This document shows, piece by piece, positions 26,999 through 37,459 of a DNA stretch of 64,000 nt. The stretch covers positions 7,120,317 to 7,184,316 of the forward strand of contig NC_068983.1 of the NCBI RefSeq assembly GCF_001194135.2. Direction: 5' to 3'. Numbering within the stretch: position 1 is the first letter of the stretch; every line of letters begins with the position of its first letter. A model generated the notes under the pieces. That model was not told where the DNA came from. It searched no databases and saw only the letters and a program-made list of their open reading frames with translations. Source of the stretch: Octopus bimaculoides (Eukaryota). The position numbers and the translations under genes are program-made.

Positions 26999-28380
26999 GT
27001 AACATTGAAAAATACTTTAGGAATGAGAACCCAGGTTCGAAATTTCCTCAAGACACCTGATGAAGGCTGGAGAGTATATCAGCCGAAATGTGTTAACAAC
27101 AAACAAGATGAGGACAAATATCTGTCTAATGTAAATAATGTACATAATTCCTCATCTCTTAAATGTAGAACTGTAACCATGAATTATTTTGTAGCTGTGA
27201 AATTTTGATGATTGTTTATTTTTAGAATGACATTGTTGGGTAAGTATGAGAGGCTGGATCTGGCCAGTTTTAACATAAAACAGGTCGAATATTTAATCCA
27301 GATATGGTTTGTTTAAATGCTAAACTGTTAAATGTGCATATTCTTTTTTGGTTTTGTATCCTGTGGTCACTCAGCCATTTAACCACATGATGAGTTGTGT
27401 CATGATATCTCATTAGCACTTAACCATTCAACTGTGAAAAGAGTCATATTATATAAAACTTTGCTAATACTTAATCACTGAACCATGAAAGGAGAGTCAC
27501 ATTAAACAGACCATTGTTAGCACTGGACCATTCAACTGTGAAAAGAGTCATAATGTATAAAACCTTGCTATCATTTAGTCATTCAACTGTGGAGAGAGAA
27601 TCATGTTATACAGAAACTTGCTAGCATTAAACCATTCAAATGTGAAGGTAGAATCATCTCATGGAACATTTCTAACATTTAGCAATTCCATCTCAAAGGA
27701 AACGTTATTTATGTAGCACATTCATAACATTTAACTTTTCTACCATGGAGGAATGATCACGTCATGAAAGCTTCATTATTTGGTTGAGCTAGCACAGATT
27801 TCCATGGAACCATACTGGCATTTAACCATTCAACATAAAGTACTGCAACGTTGCTAATTCTGATGACAGAGATGGTTAGGTGGTGGTTGTGCTGCTACTG
27901 TTGGCCATCAGATATAACAATGGAACCAACCTCACTTAAAACTTTTATTCGTTTCCTTTCTTTCCAGAACTTCATTTCCCTCAATGAATGCATGTTTAAC
28001 TTCATATGCAGCTGTCTTCCTTGTGGTGAGTTACATTCATATTTTTCAGTGTTTATTAAATGATTGGATGTATCCATGTTTTTCACCATTTTTCAGAATC
28101 TTTGGGAACATTTAGGAACATTTTTTGGGACCATTTAGGGATTATTGTTTTCTTTATCCTTTTACATGTTTCAGTCATTTGACTGCAGCCATGCTGGAGC
28201 ACTGCTTTGAAGGGTTTTAGCTGAAGAAATTGACCCCAAGTCTTATTCTTTGTAAGCCTAGTACTTATTCTATTAGTCTCCAGACTGCTAAGTTATGTGT
28301 GCGCAGACAAACCAACGTCAGTTGTCAAGCAATGGTGCGAGGGGGACAAACACAGACACACACAGACACACACACACACA

Positions 28381-28438
<58 letters not shown>

Positions 28439-30293
28439 CACATGCAATGGCCCAGTGCTTAGGGCAGCGGACTTGAGGTCGTAGGATCGCAGTTTCGATT
28501 CCCAGACTGGGCATTGTGAGTGTTTATTGAGCGAAAACACCTAAAGGTCCACGAGGCTCTGGCAGGGGATGGTGGCGAACCCTGCTGTACTCTTTCACCA
28601 CAACTTTCTCTCACTCTTACTTCCTGTTTCTGTTGTACCTGTATTTCAAAGGGGCCAGCCTTGTCACACTCTGGTGTCATCCTGAATCTCCCAAGAACTA
28701 CGTTAAGGGTACACGTGTCTGTGGAGTGCTCAGCCACTTTCACGTTAATAAATGAGCTGCGACGTCACTGGTGCCAAGCTGTATCGGCCCCTTTGCCTTT
28801 CCTTTGGATAACATCGGTGGCATGAAGAGGAGAGGTTGGTATGCATGTGAGACTGCTGGTCTTCCATAAACAACCTTTCCCAGACTTGTGCCTCAGAGGA
28901 TAACTTTCTAGGTGCAATCCCATGGTCATTCATGACCAAAGGGGGTCGCACAAAAAATAACGTGTGTCTCCTTGTCTTCACCTCATGCAATAGTTGTAAA
29001 TGAGTGTCTCCCTCCAACAAGGGGCATTGTTTAAAAAATAGCTTGCTTGGAAACAGGTAAGGGTTAGTGGCAGAAAAAGTGTCCAACTGCATGAAATCTC
29101 CCTGAACGAATTCCATGTGACTCATACTAACATGAAGAAGACATTTAATCAATGATCGTTATATGTGTGTGTATATATATATACATATATATATATATAC
29201 GTGAATATATATACATTACTGATGTCACAGTACTTAATGGATGTGTTTCATTTATGTGCTTATTGGTCGTGGGATTCATTGTGACAATAGGCCCTTTAAG
29301 ATGTCAAGTGTTAAAAAAAAATACTGAATACTTTAAACCAGTTGAAACAAATCACCAAGTAGTTGGATCAGAACAGTGGAAATCGATATTTTGCTATTAT
29401 TTCAGGTTGACAACACTGTATACCTGAGTGACTTTGAAACAAATTTACATTACTGGTCTGATGTAGAGACATCATCATCATCATCGTTTAACGTCCGTTT
29501 TCCATGCTGACATGGGTTTGACGGTTTGACTGGGGGACTGGCATGCCAGGAGGCTGCTCCAGGCTCCAATCTGATCTGGCAAGGTTTCTGCAGCTGGATG
29601 CCCTTCCTAATGCCAACCACTCTGAGAGTGTAGTAGGTGCTTTTTACGTGCCACCGGTACTGGATCCAGTCAGGTGGCACTGGCATCAACCATGTTCAGA
29701 TGGTGTTTTTTATGGTGCTTTTTAGATGCCACTGCTACGGGAAGCCAATCAGGTGGCACTGGCATTGACCCACGCTTGAATGGTGCTTACTACATGCCAC
29801 CAGCATGGGTGCCAGTCGGGTGGCACTGGTATTGGCCACAACTACAATTTCCATTTTGATTTCGATCTTGATTTGCTTTCGATTTTTTTATTTTACTTGA
29901 CTCAAAAGGCCTTCTCAAACGCAGCGTATTGCCCAGTGATTCAAAGGTACTTTTAAAATGGGCTGGTTATGCGACACTGGTATAGGCTACAGCTGTGATC
30001 TCACTTTACTTGCTGGGCCTTCTCAATCACGAGCAAAATTTATCTTCAGATGTGCAACACCTCTACACAAGTAAAACAAAATTAAGTTTTGAGAGTGTAG
30101 TGGGTGATTTTTATTTGCCACTGGCACGAGGGCCAGTCAGGCGGTACTGGCATCAGCCATGCTCAAATGGTGCTTTTTACGTGCCACCTGCACAAGAGCC
30201 AGTCCTGCAGCACTGGCAACGACCATGCTAGAATGGTGTATTTTACGTGCTACCAGAACAGGAGCCAGTCAACCAATGCTGGCAATGATCCTG

Positions 30294-30344
<51 letters not shown>

Positions 30345-31396
30345 AGAGAGAGAGGGCGGGGAGTGTGTGTATGTGTCTGATTGCTGTGCAGTCATATCCA
30401 CAGAAGATCACTCTCTGAACATTAAAAGAAACATACTTTAAACAAATGTATTTAGTAAACATACATTTTCAGTTTTGAAATTGATATAAATATAAGTCTA
30501 CACACACACACACACACACATGCAAAAATATATACATATATCAGCTACTTTCTCTGAAAATTCTTGCTTTTTTTGGATAGAATTGGTGGAAGATGTATTT
30601 CCCGATTGAATTTCTCTGTTCTTTAACTGCAACCACTCAGCTATTGAACAAGTAGTTCCTATTTCCAGCTAGGTTACCTAATTTGGCAGATTTACCATTA
30701 CCAGTCACAGCATGAAACAACCATCAATAGCAAAATGAGAACACTTTACCAAACGCTTCCATTCAACTATCATCTTAAGAATCTCTTGCTTAGTTCCATT
30801 AACCCTAGTTTTGTTTATATCTGTATACACAGAAACTTTAACTCTAGATTTACCCCTAGTTGACTGCCGGTTCTTGTTTCTATCTATGAATAATTTCATG
30901 CGCTTTCAGAAACATCTACAGCTTCAGTTTTATTTTTGTGTTTTGAATTTGATATGTGAGTCATCTATGGCAGTTAAAATCAATATCAGTTTGAAAGATC
31001 AATACGTTAGAAGGAAGATTTTGATTTTTATGTTTTTTCTTCCTATTTCTATTTAATAGGTAAAATGAACCAATTTAACTTTGACACTACTAACACAGCT
31101 ACAGTTAAAAAGACTACACCATTTAGTCACCTACTTCCGTAACAAAACAGTATCTTGTGGCTTTCTTTGGGTGGTGGGGGTCGCTTTTCTTTTCCCCCCC
31201 TTTTTTTTTTCTTTTTCTTATTCAGCTATGCAACTTTACACCTTCTCACAAGTACTCAAAAATTGGGTCTTTTTGCACGTGACTAACTACACGTTACCAG
31301 TAAACTCCGCTGCCAATGAGTAAACTGCTGTCTAAAGATGCTGATAGATGTCTATACTTACTACTACTACTACTATTATAACTCCCACCACTTCCC

Positions 31397-31470
<74 letters not shown>

Positions 31471-33921
31471 GTAAACTTTTTGATGACTTGTTCAATGTTA
31501 CTGGCACCAATGCTCAATGATGGTATAGTGACTATTGCAGTGAAAACCACCACAACTAGTACTACTACCACCACTTCCCCTACTACTACTACTACTACTA
31601 CTACTACTTGTAAGAGTAGTAGGGATTACTATTTTTATTATGCTTCTGATTGTTAATGAGTTAAACATCTGGAGAAATGACTTCATCATCATCATTTAGT
31701 GTCCATGTCCTGTACTGGCATGAATTAAACAGTTTGACAGGACCCAATGGGTCTAAGGACCACATCACACTCCAGTGTCTGCTTCAGCATAGTTTCTACT
31801 GTTGGATGCCTTCCAGAGTGACAAAGTTCTGAGAGAAATTTGATGTCTAACTGGAATTGTACTATCTAATTCATCATTAGATAAAAATCATTCACAAAAG
31901 GTTTGGGTATAAGTGGACAGGATGTTACTCAGTTTAATATCCCTACCTGATCCTTGGGAGCTTTTAGCTGTATTCCTACTGTTGCAAATATTTAGACCAG
32001 GCTTCCTTTCCCACTCCCACCAACACTGGAAACCCTGGAAAGAATTTTGACCACTTTGCTTCCATTTCTGAATTAATCATTTAAAATGAAAAGATTAAGT
32101 TGGTGCTTGTATCTAATATCATCATTCTATGGTCAAGGCACATAGCCTAGTGGTTAGGGAACTTGGCTCATGATCCATAATGTCATGGGTTCAATTCTTG
32201 CATAGACAGTTGATTGTATCATTGAGCAAGGCACTTCACTTCATATTGCTACAATATGCTCAGATGTGAATGAGCACCAGCCATGTACTGATGCAGTCGC
32301 TCTCCCTCCAGCTGCCCCATCCTTGATGTGCTGCAGGATTAAGGGCAGGTTGGGGAGCTAAGAAGGTATCTGTGTCTGTTGGTAAATACATAGACCCCTA
32401 AAAGAATTAGCAAAATGATGCCAATACCGCCTGGTTGGCCCTCATGCCAGTGGCACATAAAAAGCACCCAGTAGTTGGTGTTAGGGAGGGCATCCAGCTG
32501 TAAAAGCTTTGCCAGATCAGATTGGAGCCTGGCGCAGCCTTCTGGCTTGTCGGCCCTCAGTCAAACCGTCCAACCCATGCCAGCATGAAAAGGCGGCGAG
32601 CTGGCAGAAGAGTTAGCACACCGGGCAAAATGCTTAGTGGTATTTTGTCTGTCTTTATGTTCAGAGTTCGAATTCTACCAAGGTCGACTTAGCCTTTCAT
32701 CCTTTCAGGGTCGATTAAATAAGTACCAGTTACACACTGGGGTCGATGTAATCGACTTAATCCCTTTGTCTGTCCTTGTTTATCCCTTCTATGTTTAACG
32801 CCTTGTGGGCAATAAATAAATAAGGAAAGTGGATGTTAAACGACGACGATGATGATGATGATGGTTCGTGTTACTAAATTTCACTCAGTCATGAATGATG
32901 ACTGGTTGTACTATCATTTTAAGTTATTTATTTAATAAAATGATATTTAAGTGTCCCAGTTACATTACCCAGAAAACACAGTTTCAACACTTGTGGCACA
33001 CCACAGCTTCGGAAATTCAGCCATTGCCATGAAGACTTTGGAATAATCTTTTATACAGTAAATTCCTTAGTTTCTTTTATCTTACTTCAGTAATTGGATT
33101 GCAGTCATACTGGGGCACCGCCTTGAAGGGTTTAGTGGAATAAACCAACCCCAGTGCTTAGTTTTTAATTTGATACTTATTCTATCAAACTCTTTTGCCA
33201 AATTGCTAAGTTACATAAGCAAGACCAATACCAGTTCTCAAGCAGTGATGAGGGACAACAGCAAACACTCACACACATACACGTATATGCACACACACAT
33301 ACACTCACATGCACACATACACATACATACATATAAACACACACACACAGTGAGTTTCCACATAGTTTCTGTTTGCCACATTCTCTCACAAGGCATTAGT
33401 TGACCTGGGGCTATAGTAGGATGCACAGAAGGATTGAACCTGAAACTACATGGCTACAAAGCAAGCTTCTTAACCACACAGTTATGTCAGTGCCTAAAAA
33501 AAAAACAAGAACAAACAAATGAAAAAGAAGAATTTTTTTTAAGAAGAATATTCTCAAAGAATCAGTTTAGCCTTAATGATTTAACTTGTCTCCTGATTTC
33601 AATTAATATTGGTATATTTTATTCCGTTTCAGATCTATATACATTATGGTGTTGGCACCCACACCTTAAAACTTGTACGAGTATTCTTGGCCATGATATT
33701 CTGTATGATGTCTCTACTTTGTGGATTAGTAGAAATTGGACTGTTCCGAAGTTACTGGACAGATGTCGTTGCTGGCTTTGGAATGGGTGTTCTCATGGCT
33801 GCCTACCTGGTAAGAAACAATACAAATTATTAAAGCTTCCAAGCATCTCATATCAAACACATCTAGTCGCTTCCTTTCCACCTTTCCCAGTCCCCACATC
33901 TCTGCACCATATAACATTGTC

Positions 33922-33956
<35 letters not shown>

Positions 33957-36900
33957 GTATGTCATAATACATTCAAACCAAGTTCGACAAGTGGCACCCA
34001 TGCCAACCTCTCATTCATTGGACACTAAACTCTGCTTGCGAAGACCTGTTGGGGCAAGTGAAATCGAAATCGTAATTGAACCAAATTCGATGACTGGCAC
34101 CTGTTAGTGCTCCACTGGCACCTGTGCCAGTGGAGCACTAACAGCACGGTCTGAGCTTGATCATTGCCAGAGCAGCTGTCTGCCTTCCGTGCCGGTGGCA
34201 CGTAAATAGCACCATTTGAGCGTGATTGTTACCAGCGTCACCTTACTAGCACTTGTGCCGGTGACATGTGAAAAAAACTCGATCGAGGTCATTGCCAGTG
34301 CCACTGGACTGGCTCCTGTGCAGGTGGTACGTAAAAAACACCATTTGAGCATGGCCGTTGCCAGTACTGCCTGACTGGCCCTCATGCTGGCGGCACGTAA
34401 AAAGCACCCACTACACTCTCGGAGTGGTTGGCGTTAGGAAGGGCATCCAACTGTAGAAACTCTGCCAGATCTTGCTGGGATCAAATTGAATGAAGTCTCA
34501 TGTAGGCTTCTGCTGAACCACCAGGCTCACCTCTATCTATCCAAATTGTGTACATAGGATTGTGTGTGTGTTTATGTGTGGCTGCTATATCGATGTTGCT
34601 TTGTTATAAGGTTTCCAATATTGCTTGTAGTATAATTTTAAAATCTGTAATTATTATAAAATAACGATGATGATTCCAACCAAATGAATTAAAACATTTT
34701 CTTGAGAAAACAGACTAATGACTGTCAGTAATTTGAATGTATTTATTTTTGTTGTCTTCCAGGGTGGATTTGTGCTACATAATTTCAGTGAACACACATT
34801 GGACAAAAAACTGCTCCGAGCACTGAAAACATATTTGTTGCAACATGGAGGGTCATCTGGACGTCCAGGGGTAAGCTTCCAGAACACTACAGTATTTATT
34901 TCTCATATGGGTTCAGGCGTTGCTGTATGGTAAGAATCGTTAGCACGCCTGGCGAAATACTTAGCGGTATTTCGTCTGCTGCTACGTTCTGAGTTCAAAT
35001 TCCGCCGAGGTCGACTTTGCCCTTCATCCTTTCGGGGTCGATAAATTAAGTACCAGTTATGCACTGGGGTCGAAGTAATCGACTTAATCCCTTTGTCTGT
35101 CCCTGTTTGTCCCCTCTATGTTTAGCCCCTTGTGGGCAATAAAGAAATAAATATGCTTCTCCCAACCACATGGTCCTGAGTTCAGTTCCACTGTGTCTCC
35201 TTGAGCAACTGTCTTCTACTATAGCTGTAAGCCAACCAAAGTCTTGTGAGTAGATTTTGTAAATGAAAGCTGAAAGAAGCCCATCATATATATATATATA
35301 GGGAGGATTCACAAAAAAACAAAAGACGAAGACAGGTAGTGTAGACAACAAACAAATGTATTAGTTTAACGCTTGAGAAGTGAAAAAGTCTTTAACGTTT
35401 CGAACCTACGCTCTTCCTCAGAAAGGAACACAGAAAGAAACAGGGAGAGAAAATAAAGAATGTGTAGTGGCTAGTGATCTATCATGTCAAATGCCGGGCA
35501 GAGGGGTCACACAGGAGAGCTAGGAAGAAGGGAAGATAATAAAGTAGTGGTGATCCCACTACTTTAATATATCTGCCAACCTCTCCTTCATTGGACACTA
35601 AACTCAGCTTGTGAAGACCTGTTGGGGCAAGTGAAAGCGAAATCATGATGGCACCTGTACCAGTGGAATGCTAAGGGCACCGTCCGAGTGTGATCGTTGC
35701 CAGAGCAGCTGTCTGGCGTCCGTGCCAGTGGCACGTAAATAGTACCATTTGAGCATGATCGTTACCAGCATCGCCTTACTGGCACTTGTGCTGGTGGCAC
35801 GTGAAAAGACATTCGAGCCGCTGGACTGGCTCCTGTGCAAGTGCCACGTAAAATACACCATTTTGAGCATGGCTGTTGCCAGTACCGCCTGTCTGGCCCT
35901 CATGTTGGTGGCATGTAAAAGCACCCACTACACTCTCGGAGTGATTGGTGTTAGGAAGGGCGTCCAGCTGTAGAAACTCTGCCAGACCAGATTGGAGTCT
36001 GGTGCAGCCATCTAGTTTAGCAGTCCTCAGTCAAATCGTCCAACCCATGCTAGCATGGAAAGCGGATGTTAAACGATGGTGATGATGATGATGATTAACT
36101 CTTTAGCTTCCAGATTACTCTGTCAAATGAAATGCTTGTTGACATTGTTTTGAATTCATCATACATTACTTTGTAGCCTTGAGGTTTAGATGATGTGATT
36201 GGTTAATTTTAGAATAACATTGTAGGGTAGGTATGAAAGGCTAGATCTGGCTGATTTGAACATAAAACAGGTAGAATATTTGAGTCAGATGTGGCCAGTT
36301 TAAATGCTAAATGATGAGGGAAAAGACTGTTTGATTTTTCTGTAGACAAGCGGAGAGCTGTGAACATTTTTCTCCTTCGCTCAGCATTGATTTTTGTTTT
36401 TATTACTCATTTTATCAAATCCCAATGAAGTCGACTTTGCCTTTCATCCTTTTGGGGTTGATAAAATAAAGTACTTGTCACTAGGGTTGATGATACCAAC
36501 CTGACACCACTCAAAATCGCTAGCCCTGTGCTTAAATTTTAAACGATTTTTATATGTCACGTTGTATTATATATGCGTTTGCATATGTATGTGATTTTTG
36601 GTGAGCAGTATCGATTTTATAAATCTGTAAATAATAACATTTTATAAACTTAAAGCTTATAAGCGATCACCGTAGCCAGCCAACTTATTTGTACCTTTAC
36701 TTCATTGGACACTAAACTCTGCTTGCAAAGACCTGTTGAGGCTAGTGAAATCGAAATCGAACCAAATTCGACAACTGGCACCCATGCCAACGTCTCCTTC
36801 ATTGGACGCTAAACCCTGCTTACGAAGACCTGTTGGAGCAAGTGAAATCGAAATTGAAATCGTAATTGAACCAAATTCGATGACTGGCACCTGTGCCAGT

Positions 36901-37369
36901 GGAGCGCTAACAGCACCGTCCGAGTGTGATCATTGCCAGAGCAGCTATCTGACTTTTGTGCCAGTGGCACGTAAATAGCACTGTTTCAGCGGGATCGTTA
37001 CCAGCGTCACTTTACTGGCCCTTGTGCCGGTGGCACGTAAAAGCACCCACTACACTCTCGGAGTGGTTGGCATTAGGAAGGGCATCCAGCTGTAGAAACA
37101 CTGCCAGATTAGACTGGAGTTTGGTGTAGTCATCTGGTTCACCAGTCCTCAGTCAAATCTTCCAACCCATGCTAGCATGGAAAGCAGACGTTAAATGATG
37201 ATGATTGGAGCATATAAGCCTTCGACAGAAAAACATAGGGTCCCACACATACAGACAACCCTAGTTTTTTTTCCGTCAAGGGCTTATATGCCTCAATATT
37301 AGACCATTTACCTTAGTCAATGGACAATGATTGCTAATAAGCTTTAAGCTTATAAAATATTTCCATATT

Positions 37370-37405
<36 letters not shown>

Positions 37406-37420
37406 NNNNNNNNNNATATT

Positions 37421-37459
<39 letters not shown>

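Larger units (their letters stand above)
26517..27173. mobile_element. Penelope-like insertion (inverted plus direct terminal-repeat copies around (TAT)n/(AAT)n) with a 12-bp target-site duplication
   Basis: TAACCATGAATT at 26505-26516 and 27174-27185. The left arm is the reverse complement of 27020-27135. Contains the cctgatgaaggc...gccgaaa motif. Confidence 0.8.
26440..27330. mobile_element. piggyBac-like MITE copy interrupted by the Penelope-like insertion
   Basis: The 5' part ttaacccttcaatac...gaattaaccatg and the 3' part gtagctgtgaaatttt...aatgctaaactgttaa are collinear with 46888-47081. Confidence 0.7.

Noticed and set aside
28445-28515. tRNA genes in SINE heads (also 8665, 11110, 50176 and 61562)
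   Set aside because: A and B boxes are present, but there is no complete cloverleaf and each continues into a SINE body.
27968-33809. Idea that A-to-I recoding restores the catalytic residues
   Set aside because: Editing AAT (Asn), GAA (Glu) or AGT (Ser) gives Asp/Ser/Gly codons, never His or Arg.
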